Of a stretch of DNA of 32,000 nucleotides, positions 17,084 to 25,996 are shown in pieces; position 1 is the stretch's first letter, and each line of letters starts with the position of its first letter. This DNA is from Paramicrosporidium saccamoebae KSL3. Lineage: Eukaryota > Fungi > Cryptomycota. Position numbers and translations under genes: made by a program. Location: positions 3,271 through 35,270 of the forward strand of contig MTSL01000165.1 in assembly GCA_002794465.1 (NCBI GenBank). Reading direction: 5' to 3'. Below the pieces are notes generated by a model, which was not told where the DNA came from, made no database searches, and worked only from the letters and a program-made list of their open reading frames with translations.

Positions 17084-18691
17084 ATGCTCAGACTGTTTCG
17101 TCCCCGAACTGGTCATGGGCGGCGGCTCTTTATGGAGTTTTCAAGAAACAATTGGATTGGCGCAGTGGACCAAGGGACTACATCGACCCGTTTCTTTGTA
17201 TTTGACGAGCAGGGCCAAGTCGTTGCATCGGCGCAGCAAGCAATAACACTAAAGTCTCCCTCGCCCGGCTGGATTGAGCATGATCCAGAAGAGCTGGTCG
17301 AGTCTGTAAAAAGCTGCATCGAGACTGCGTGTCGCGACATTTGGAACAAGCACAATGTAAACGCCAAGGACCGTATAAAAGCCATTGGAATTACGAATCA
17401 ACGCGAAACAACGATTGCCTGGAGCCAGCGCACTGGCCGTGCCCTCCACCCTGCATTGGTTTGGATGGACACTAGGAACCGGGCCGATATAAAATCGCTC
17501 ACTGCCCACTCGACCGTCAAGGAGCTATCAGGTCTTCCATACTCAACATATTTTAGCGCTGGCAAGATGAAGTGGCTGATTGAAAATGTATCAGATGTAA
17601 AGCAAGCGTTCCAATCGGATGAATTGCGCTTTGGAACAGTCGATTCGTGGCTGCTAAGGGTATGTTAGGATGTGGTGTTGATTGATGGCTGTAGAATTTA
17701 TGCAAAGGGAATCCCCATGTCAGTGACGTCACCAATGCTCATCGAACTTCATTGTTAAATCTCCAAAGCCTGCAATGGGATCAGGAACTCCTAGACTGCT
17801 ACAAGCTGCCACCATCAGTTTCATCCTGCTTGCCCAGCGTCAAGCCGTCAGTTGCTGACTTTGGGGTGCTCGGTGACACTTGTCTCCAGGGAGTGCCTGT
17901 TTCAGCAGCGCTGGGCGATCAACACGCGGCTTTGTTAGGACGAGGATGTACCGAGGTTGGTCAGGTGAAGAATACTTATGGAACGGGATGTTTCCTTCTA
18001 TGCAATGTCGGCACCAAGCCGATACTGACGGATGATGGGCTTGTTAGTACTGTTGCGTATCATCTCGGTGCTTCGCCCGTGTATGCTTTGGAGGCGCCGA
18101 TTGCCAGCGCTGGGTCGTCCATTGAGTGGCTCAAGAGCAAGCTGGGAATGCTGGTCGATTCCAAGGAAATAGGTTTGTCCGGGAACAATGGTTTGATGTT
18201 TAGATGAATTGGCCGCCAAGAGTAGTGACGGAGTTGTATTTGTGCCGGCACTGGCCGGTCTACTCTCTCCCGAATGGGATCCTGACGTGTCTGGTGCGCT
18301 GCTAGGAATGCGGCTCAGCACGGGAAAGGGCGAGATTATCAAGTCAGTACTTGAGGCAATATCCTTTTCCAACAAGCAAGTTCTCGATCTAATGGGCGGA
18401 CATGTTGGAACGACAATTAAGGAATTGATTGTGGATGGCGGATTGACTAATAGTCGCGCAATGATGCAAACTCAAGCAGACGCCCTTGGTATCCCAGTGG
18501 TCCGACCATATTTCAAAGAGGCCACTGTATTTGGTGCTGCCAAGGCGGCAGCCATTGGGATCGGGATGGACCAGTGGCCATCTAAACCACCTGACACTAA
18601 GGCGGATATTTTTACTCCAAACCCCAGCTCTCCCGCATTGTATAAAGATTGGCTGGAGGCAATGAGCCTCGTGTCAACAATAAAAAAGTAA
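17084..18691 (+). CDS. GUT1: Glycerol kinase (FGGY family), 3 exons
   Basis: join(17084..17659,17695..18172,18204..18691), with GT-AG introns of 35 and 31 nt. Motifs AVDQGTTSTRF, GITNQRETT, YFSAGKMKWL, FGTVDSWL, DVTNAHRT, GDQHAAL, KNTYGTGCFLL and DGGLT. Alternative start at 17132. Confidence 0.93.
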
Positions 18692-18855
18692 TTTGAGCGT
18701 CATATAGCGGTATAGTCTATTAAACAGAATACATATGACATTGCGAGGACCATGGCTAAGAATTCCCTTTCGTCCAATACAATATCACTGCTGATTGGTC
18801 AGTCTCGACAAAGCCAATACGCACACTGATACAAGTGCTGGTCCCTCTACTACAA

Positions 18856-19883
18856 ATGTCGTATTATGGAAGTACGCCACTATCGGGTTTGTCTAATGTT
18901 TTGTATAGACAAGTTTAGCCAGAAAGATCACGAAGTGCTTCGGAAGGCGGCAGAGGCTGGCAAGGAGGGAAAGAAGCTGCCAGAGTTTGACGAAAAGGGC
19001 CAGTTGGTCAACCCGTATATTCCCATGTACATTTCCAAAGCTCCTTGTATGTCGCTGTGTCTGGCTTTATCTTTTAGGGTACATGAAGACGGGAGAGGAA
19101 AAGAGCCTGGAACATCAACGGACGACTGAAAAGGTTACCGATAGCGACGCACACCATCTCCGCGGCCTAGTTTCCACTGAGCCTGCTCAAAAGTTTAGAA
19201 AGAATGCCTGTGAAAACTGCGGTGCAATCACACACAAAAGCAAGGATTGTCTAGAGCGACCCAGGAAAAGAGGCGCCCGATGGACGGGCAAGGACATGAA
19301 GCCAGACGAGTACATACAAGAAGCCAGTTTGGGATTTGAGGGCAAACGGGACAGGTGGGCTGGATACGATGCTGATGAGTATGTTGAGGTGCTGCAGGAT
19401 TGGGAGCAGGCGGAGGCTGAACGAAAGGCGGCCGTGCAGCAGGCTAGCGAGAATGGCAAATTGTCGTCAGAGGACGAGGAGCTGTATGCAGAGACTGTTG
19501 ATATGCCGGGACAAAAGGTGGATCTAAAGACGAGGATGACTGTGAGAAATCTACGACTCCGTGAGGACACGGCAAAATATTTGACAGACCTCTCTTCTGA
19601 TGCTGCCCTGTACGATCCAAAGACGCGTTCAATGCGTCTACCAGAAGCAACCGGCTTTGTTCCCGAGGACCAGCAGGAAGAAGGCCGTTTTGCCTGGGAA
19701 CGGCCATCTGGCAAGACTACAGACGCCACAGAGCCTACAGCCAATGTAAAGAGGAAGCGGGTCGATCCCAGGCTCGAAGAAAAATATGGTTCCGTTGCCG
19801 AACCGCTGGCCCGTGTAGAAGTGTCAGATCGATATGTCGAATATGATGGGAAGGGAAACGTGACCCGATCAGTAAAAAGATAA
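18856..19883 (+). CDS. SLU7: Pre-mRNA splicing factor SLU7, 3 exons
   Basis: join(18856..18871,18909..19046,19078..19883), with introns of 37 and 31 nt. Motifs NPYIPMYISKAPWY, zinc knuckle CENCGAITHKSKDC, KRDRWAGYD, VRNLRLREDTAKYL and YDPKTRSMR. Confidence 0.92.
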
Positions 19884-19898
19884 TAGATTTATTCATAC

Positions 19899-20576
19899 AT
19901 GATAATTGTTGCTGACGGCTCAGAGTTGGTGTTGAGATTGGAAGAATTTATTGTCAGTGCGGCTAATACGACCATTGCAAAAAAGGGCGCTTTTAACTTG
20001 GCGCTATCCGGAGGGTCACTGGTGGCTCTGCTGGCGCAAAGTAAGTTGGCAAAGTGCTTGGATAGTGATTACTCGCGGTGGAATATTTTTTTGGCAGATG
20101 AGCGCTGTGTTCCTGTTTCAGACGCAGAATCGACGTTTGGTGAGTACTGTCGGAAGATGAAACAGTTTGTTCAAGAGACAACGTTTCCTGAACCCTTCTC
20201 TCAAGGCGATGCGGGAGCTTCGGCGCGAGAATACGAGGCTTTACTTCGTCGGGCTGGCGTGATGGATCTTGTGATATTGGGCCTCGGTCCTGATGGTCAC
20301 ACGGCCTCTCTCTTCCCACCCGTCACGCCTGAAATGTTGACAACTGAAAATTGGGTCGAGCCCGTCTACAACTCTCCCAAGCCACCCTCCACGAGGCTTA
20401 CCATGACAATCCCATACATAAGTCAAGCAGGCTTGATTTCGTTTGTCGCCACAGGATCCAATAAGATACCGGCCTTGAAACGCACAAGTTACGATCGGAC
20501 TTTGCCGCCCGCAGTGCTCCCCAAGGATCGAGTTTATTGGTTCTTGGACGGCATGTCTGCTTCGGGGATCCAATAA
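19899..20576 (+). CDS. SOL3: 6-phosphogluconolactonase
   Basis: 225 aa with motifs LALSGGS, FLADERCVP, DLVILGLGPDGHTASLFP and SPKPPSTRLTMT. Confidence 0.93.
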   Translation: MIIVADGSELVLRLEEFIVSAANTTIAKKGAFNLALSGGSLVALLAQSKLAKCLDSDYSRWNIFLADERCVPVSDAESTFGEYCRKMKQFVQETTFPEPFSQGDAGASAREYEALLRRAGVMDLVILGLGPDGHTASLFPPVTPEMLTTENWVEPVYNSPKPPSTRLTMTIPYISQAGLISFVATGSNKIPALKRTSYDRTLPPAVLPKDRVYWFLDGMSASGIQ

Positions 20577-20711
20577 AATCACACATTGTGGCTGCACATG
20601 TACCAATAATCTTGCAAGCTCAGGCCTGTTCTGCAATTCTTATTGGTAGTTATCGTGTGCTGTCGTCTTCTTATAAAACGAATTGCCGTTTGCATCAGAT
20701 CCGCGTTAACA

Positions 20712-22853
20712 ATGAAGCTTGCCGGTGCCTTTTTCGTATTTGCCTGCTACTTGGGATCAATCCAGGCGGGAGGCCCGTCCTGCCAAACTTTGATCAGTAT
20801 CATTGAAAATGCTGATGGGAATGTACGGGTACTTGATAGGATTAAAGCTGCCAGCGGATTGATGACTCCAAAGTGCGTTGGGGAGCTGACTGACACAGGT
20901 TCCCATGATACTCTGAATGAATTTCTCGCAATGAGAACAAGATTGTGGACCGCTGGTACAAAACTGAACGAGATCCCAGAGGGGCGAGTTCCTCATCGTG
21001 TCAAACCGCTTTGGTATGCTGTAAAGAGCAGCCTTTCCCCATTTGCTCGTGTCAAGAGTGCAGATCAACTACGTTATCTTTTCAACCAGGCAAACAAGAT
21101 TAAATTGCTGTTGGATCAGTTTGGCGAACATGAAGAAAAGGTGGATTTTTTTGCAGTAGAACTACTAGGAAACGTTGACAAGTGTATTGATTTTGAAGTC
21201 CTCTATCCGCAAGACACTATTCCTATTATATTGGATATGGCTGAGGGCCCCAGGGCGAATGTGGAATCGGTCATTGAGACTGCGCGGAAAGGCGTACTTG
21301 TAGAATTTACTTCCATTCCCAAAGCCAAGCAAGGCCATACACTTGCGGGCAGTCTTGGAGGGGTTGGCGCGTTACTTCAGGGGGCCGATAGACATAAAAT
21401 GCAACAAGTCAGGGAGAGAGATCAGCTGGACATGGACAATAGGTCAGTACCAGTTGGCTTGAAAAAGTCGGATGACACTATTGAAGTCCCTGACCCTGCC
21501 AACCCTGGAAAGAATGTGTGGATCCCATGCAGCTCAGTTGTTGCCCTAGACATTAAAAGTGAAGCCGTCAAGGTCAAGACTATGAAGTCTGTGTGCTTCA
21601 ATGAACTATCAAATAAGACTCTTGATGCTCTCACACCTGATGATGTTGCTGGAGTACCAGATAAGCACTTTGGTGCAATGAACTACCGCACGATTCGTAG
21701 GCTGTTCGTAAAGGGAAAGCTTGCCAACATTAGCAAAGCCAGATTTGCGGAAATTGGAAAGAATGATCCCTTGGTTTGTACCGCATTTACAGAAGATTAT
21801 GCTTCCAGAATCAACGACTTTAAGGATGTGTCTCTTTCGGCTGATTGTCTTCTTGCAGCTCCTGGATGGGCTTATTTGGTCCGAAAGATGGGAAGGTTAA
21901 CTCCTACAGAGTTTTTTGAAAAAATTGACCCCAAGGCAATTGTTGATAACCTCGAGATTGTTGCTGCCGAGAACCAAATTACTTCAACGCAGTGGAAAAA
22001 GGTTGGCGAAGACATGTGCGCATATTTAAAACCAGGAATGATTGAAGCCTACCCCAATCTGCAGGGAAGCCTCCCCGATAGCTGCTTTGATCTAAACCCT
22101 GGATTAATTATTGCAGGAAGCACCTCAGTGGCAAGGAGACATAAAGAGGCATACCTGACTCGACTCGTTAAGAGCAAGAATCCCGTTGGGGTCACTGCTG
22201 AAGTCTTTAATGAAGTTGTCAAGATGAAAGAGAAGGAGCTGGGTGAACTCACTGACGAGTGGTGCCAACTCATTGAGCAAAGTGCTAGCAAGCTTGACAA
22301 AAAGCTGTCAGTCCTCTTCAAATGTTCTGGATTCGCGTTCAAAAACATTACTGATGTACAACTAGAGCATCTCGCTCGACAGCCGAGCTTCTGCGAAATG
22401 ATGAGGCCTGATATTGTCACGGCCATTGGATCGGACAGATTCTTTGAAAAGGTGAACAACAAATGTGTTCCCCAACTCGACGCCTCGGTGATGGGTTTAA
22501 TGACTGAATCTCTAGATATTGAAGAGTTTCCATGGAAGTCGGTTTCTGAACAGCAACTGGTCTCTCTTAGCGGCGCAGTTATCGTAAAGGCGCTGTCCAA
22601 GTTGCCACCTAGCGCCGTGAAGAATCTCTCTGAAAGCCAAGAGCTGGCCATTGAAATGGATTCCGACGCCAAGAAGATTTATGACGAGCTCAAAGCCAAA
22701 CAGAAGCCCGCGGATGCAAAGCCCGAGTCGGCTTCAGCAGACGCAAAGTCAGAGGCAGCTCCAGAAGGTGCAAAGCCTGCCACTGCTCCGGCTGATGCAC
22801 CAACGGTTACTCCGGTGGCCACACCAGCGGTTACTCCGGCGGCCACGAGCTAA
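20712..22853 (+). CDS. Orphan secreted protein (713 aa) with degenerate Cys/Leu helical repeats and Pro/Ala/Thr tail
   Basis: From ATG 20712: signal peptide MKLAGAFFVFACYLGSIQA, recurring LTP/LSxxQ-type and C-x-x-L units, and low-complexity tail APADAPTVTPVATPAVTPAATS. Confidence 0.85.
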   Translation: MKLAGAFFVFACYLGSIQAGGPSCQTLISIIENADGNVRVLDRIKAASGLMTPKCVGELTDTGSHDTLNEFLAMRTRLWTAGTKLNEIPEGRVPHRVKPLWYAVKSSLSPFARVKSADQLRYLFNQANKIKLLLDQFGEHEEKVDFFAVELLGNVDKCIDFEVLYPQDTIPIILDMAEGPRANVESVIETARKGVLVEFTSIPKAKQGHTLAGSLGGVGALLQGADRHKMQQVRERDQLDMDNRSVPVGLKKSDDTIEVPDPANPGKNVWIPCSSVVALDIKSEAVKVKTMKSVCFNELSNKTLDALTPDDVAGVPDKHFGAMNYRTIRRLFVKGKLANISKARFAEIGKNDPLVCTAFTEDYASRINDFKDVSLSADCLLAAPGWAYLVRKMGRLTPTEFFEKIDPKAIVDNLEIVAAENQITSTQWKKVGEDMCAYLKPGMIEAYPNLQGSLPDSCFDLNPGLIIAGSTSVARRHKEAYLTRLVKSKNPVGVTAEVFNEVVKMKEKELGELTDEWCQLIEQSASKLDKKLSVLFKCSGFAFKNITDVQLEHLARQPSFCEMMRPDIVTAIGSDRFFEKVNNKCVPQLDASVMGLMTESLDIEEFPWKSVSEQQLVSLSGAVIVKALSKLPPSAVKNLSESQELAIEMDSDAKKIYDELKAKQKPADAKPESASADAKSEAAPEGAKPATAPADAPTVTPVATPAVTPAATS

Positions 22854-23004
22854 GCCATAAATACAAAGAAGCATGCAAATATGTGTAGATAGAGCTGAAA
22901 ATAAAGCCATTCTAAACTAGCAGACTTGAGTCTTGCTTGGAGAGTAGTTTATGTAAAAAAGAGACGACTAATAGATAATGGATAGGTGAATCTACACTTG
23001 CGCA

Positions 23005-23621
23005 TCATTCGCGCATCATGTAGGAATCCAAGTCGGCATCTAGAGAGTTTGAATCTGCAGGACGCTCAGTCCTGCGCGGTGCATTACGAGCCGGCTTGCG
23101 AATGCCGGCACTATGGCGCCGAGGTGGGGGATTGTTGGAGCGAGGATGGGACGAGGAAGGCATAATCTCAATTTGCATAGGGTATCCGTCGAGTGGCATA
23201 TGGTGGAAACGGTCAGAGGCCAACAGAGTGTCGCGTCGGTTGTAAAATACCACCTCGGCAGAGCCGTTGGAACGGCCGGCGCGGTCATAATTAATCCAAA
23301 CATTCTTGACCGAGCCCACTTGAGAGAATAGCTCCTAAAATATGTAAGACTCTAGCTGCTGTGTACCAAGAGGTCCTCCTTTGTTACCTTGTGGAACAGG
23401 TTAGAGACGATAATTTTCCCGTCCGAAGAGGAGCCTCGCGTATTTTCACGACGGTCGTTTCGCACAGTGAACACGTGTCGATCGGCCAGACGAGGTGGAG
23501 AGCGACGAGGGGCTGTCGACGGGCGTCGTCTTCTGGGCTGACTTTGATTTGACCGAATTACCTCGTCCAAAGCCATATCCACGGCCGATGGACGGCTTTC
23601 ACGAGCGCCACCATTGTGCAT
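23005..23621 (-). CDS. YRA1: mRNA export adaptor ALY/REF (Yra1), 2 exons
   Basis: complement join(23367..23621,23005..23334), with a 32-nt GT-AG intron. N-box VDMALDEVI, RRM IIVSNL...ELFSQVG...NYDRAGRSNGSAEVVF and C-box LDADLDSYM. Exact start is uncertain. Confidence 0.9.
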
Positions 23622-23731
23622 GGTTTGTGCTGACGACTCCCTGGACGGCTTTATGATTATCATTTGGGCTATTCATGGGATATATTACCATGTTCTCTGT
23701 TCTTTGTGTGTCAAAGTTATCCGAGTTAAGG

Positions 23732-23976
23732 TGCCGCGTAGTGGGGATAAATAGTATGGACGGGAAGGGGGGTCTGTTTACTGCTAATCCTATAATAGTA
23801 TGGATACCCAGCAAAGCGATCCACTCTAGCACACAAATACCCGACTAACCAACCCTCTGCCTCTACGTCACATAGCCAACTAATCAATCCTCTGGCTCTA
23901 CGTCACATAGTCAACTAATCAATCCTCTGGCTCTACGTCACATAGCCAACTAATCAATCCTCTGCCTCACGTCACA
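23732..23976 (-). mobile_element. Short interspersed element, copy 4 (245 bp), with tandem 35-nt end repeats
   Basis: Plus-strand ends are TGCCGCGTAGTGGGGATAA and CCTCACGTCACA. Perfect 4-bp direct repeat AAGG at 23728-23731 and 23977-23980. Interior is colinear with copy 1. Confidence 0.78.
23844..23976. repeat. 35-nt tandem repeat x~3.8 (ACTAATCAATCCTCTGSCTCTACGTCACATAGYCA)
   Basis: Units at 23844, 23879, 23914 and 23949 (partial). No spacers. Confidence 0.9.
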
Positions 23977-24232
23977 AAGGCTCTTTGTTCTCTTCTTCAG
24001 TTTTGGAAGTAGCAAGTGCGTCTAGAAGGACAAGAATGTTCCTTTGTAGTCGCTTCTGTAATCTACTAATCAAAAACGTCAGTCCCCACATACTCGCACG
24101 TCTCTGCAACTTTTCCTTGTCGTTGAAACTCTAGAATGGCAGCAGAGAAGGCTTCATTTTCTTCCAGGATCTAGACTTTTAAGAAAACATGGCCGAGTGT
24201 ACTTTGGACATGGCATCGGCAGTCAATGTCAT
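23972..24232 (-). CDS. SS18: Minimal SS18/SYT (SSXT/SNH-domain) SWI/SNF subunit homolog, 3 exons, 65 aa
   Basis: complement join(24203..24232,24094..24170,23972..24062), with GT-AG introns of 32 and 31 nt. Product MTLTADAMSKILEENEAFSAAILEFQRQGKVAETCELQKRLQRNILVLLDALATSKTEEENKEPL aligns without gaps to the SSXT consensus IT...IQKxLDEN..LI..I...Q..GK..EC.QYQ..LHRNL.YLA. Absent from the ORF track. Confidence 0.82.
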
Positions 24233-24500
24233 TGCGCTGCGTTGTGGGTCGGGAGGCGAGGGACCTCGTTATCAATTAAAACATTTAGTTTTCCTGGCTC
24301 CAATTCGACGATACACAGTAACCAACCCCCTACATAATTGTTTGATAGAGTGAAACCAGTCATAAGACTCTTTATCATTGGAAATCACAGTTTGTGACGA
24401 TACCATCTCACAAATATTTGGTGTACAGGGCTTGTTTAGGGATGTAACAGTTTTTATCTTTCAATTTTCCAATCTCACATATTCTATATTTAATCGAGGC

Positions 24501-25763
24501 CTATTGGATTGACCATTGCAGAGAAACCTTGACAAACGGATCTTGATCACCATTGGCCATATTAAGGGCAGTCCATAGCTCGGCTTCTTCGGCAGATTCC
24601 ATCGTTGATGACGCCGCACTCTGTAGTGCAGCCGCAATATCAATGGGGGAAATTCCAGGTAGATGCAGCTGCTCTAGGTTTTGCAGCAGCGCAAGGCGAA
24701 GCTTCTTTTCGCCCTTGGTAGAGTCTTTCCCTGCGCCGGGCTTTAGGGTGAGAGAGAGGAAATAGGGCGGAAGTCCATATTGCAATACACTCTCCACAAA
24801 CAGACGCAGTACCTTCAAGTGCATCCAGGCGGAGAATAATTCACCAAAATTTGTCTTTAGCAGACGAACAAGGCTGGCCCATTGAGCCTTCATGTCACTT
24901 TGCATAGCCTGATCAGCCTCCTGGATCTCCTGTTGACGGTTCTCGTCGTAGTCGTACTCGCGAACCGTAAAGCGCTCTGCACTTGCAGCTTTAATAAACT
25001 CGTCCTTGACCTTGTTAAAGACGGTTACATTGTACAGGGCATATCCATCCTCCTCTGCCAGGAGACGAGACGAGCGGGGGACAACCATTTCAGAAAGATG
25101 CTCATATATGGCCTCCCACCGTTTCTTTTCTGGAGCGGTAACTACCACCAACAGAGTCTGCATGAATTCAGAGGGCTCAATAAAGTCTTTCGCCGTGACT
25201 AAGGAGCCGAGGTCCTTGGTGAGAAAGGTTCCCGTATTTTTGCGCTCTGCTGCGGCAACAGAGGACTTTGCTTGGCTATATGCATTAAGGCGCGCCTTTA
25301 GCAAGCTTTCAATCTGCTGCGTCTCTTGCACAATAGTGTCGGCTATTTCGGTAACAGTCTTGTCAGTCCGGTACTTCATCACGTTCCACTGGAAGGACTT
25401 TACATAGGCCTCGGGTGTGGCCACTTCATTGACTACCAGGCTGCTACGGAGCTGCTCGGAATCCCCATTCAATAGCCCGCGAAAGTTGGAAACCAGTCTG
25501 TTGACAGTTGTCTCGAGTACTGGATCCATTTTGGAAAGGTCCTCACCGGCTGCTACTAGCGAATCCAAGGTCCCCACCTTGAACTCTGGAAAGGCAAACT
25601 GGTGAACCTCGGCAACGTCGCTGCTCACCGAGAGTTTGTCTTTGAGGAACGAATAAAGAATGTTGCGATCCTCATCAACCAGCGAGTTGTTGTGAGTGAC
25701 CACTTCTCTGTGCTTTAAAGGAAGTGCCAATAACCAAAACATTGACGAAGAGCTACCACTCAT
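24501..25763 (-). CDS. VMA5: V-type ATPase V1 subunit C
   Basis: Motifs FPEFKVGTLDSLV, FQWNVMKY and FSAWMHLKVLRLFVESVLQYGLP. Start taken at ATG 25763; 25826 or 25742 are possible. Confidence 0.93.
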   Translation of the reverse strand: MSGSSSSMFWLLALPLKHREVVTHNNSLVDEDRNILYSFLKDKLSVSSDVAEVHQFAFPEFKVGTLDSLVAAGEDLSKMDPVLETTVNRLVSNFRGLLNGDSEQLRSSLVVNEVATPEAYVKSFQWNVMKYRTDKTVTEIADTIVQETQQIESLLKARLNAYSQAKSSVAAAERKNTGTFLTKDLGSLVTAKDFIEPSEFMQTLLVVVTAPEKKRWEAIYEHLSEMVVPRSSRLLAEEDGYALYNVTVFNKVKDEFIKAASAERFTVREYDYDENRQQEIQEADQAMQSDMKAQWASLVRLLKTNFGELFSAWMHLKVLRLFVESVLQYGLPPYFLSLTLKPGAGKDSTKGEKKLRLALLQNLEQLHLPGISPIDIAAALQSAASSTMESAEEAELWTALNMANGDQDPFVKVSLQWSIQ

Positions 25764-25996
25764 CCTTGCTACCTTTGTCGCCGGGGGTGGGTAGGTAGGA
25801 GGCCGGCCATGCGGAAATGTAGGCATGGTATGCCGACACGCTACAATCCCCAGTGACAGAATCTTTTGAGAATGCGAGGGGCTCTATAAAGTAACTGCGA
25901 CCGTGTCGGTAGTGGCTGATATTATTGGCTTGCACTATATTCCATTGCGGCTTTGACTGCCAAACACTCTGATTATCCGACAACAACGATCCAACT

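Noticed and set aside
24063-24082. Extra copy of the element end box (ACTAATCAAAAACGTCAG)
   Set aside because: It is the antisense of the branch site and acceptor of SS18 intron 2.
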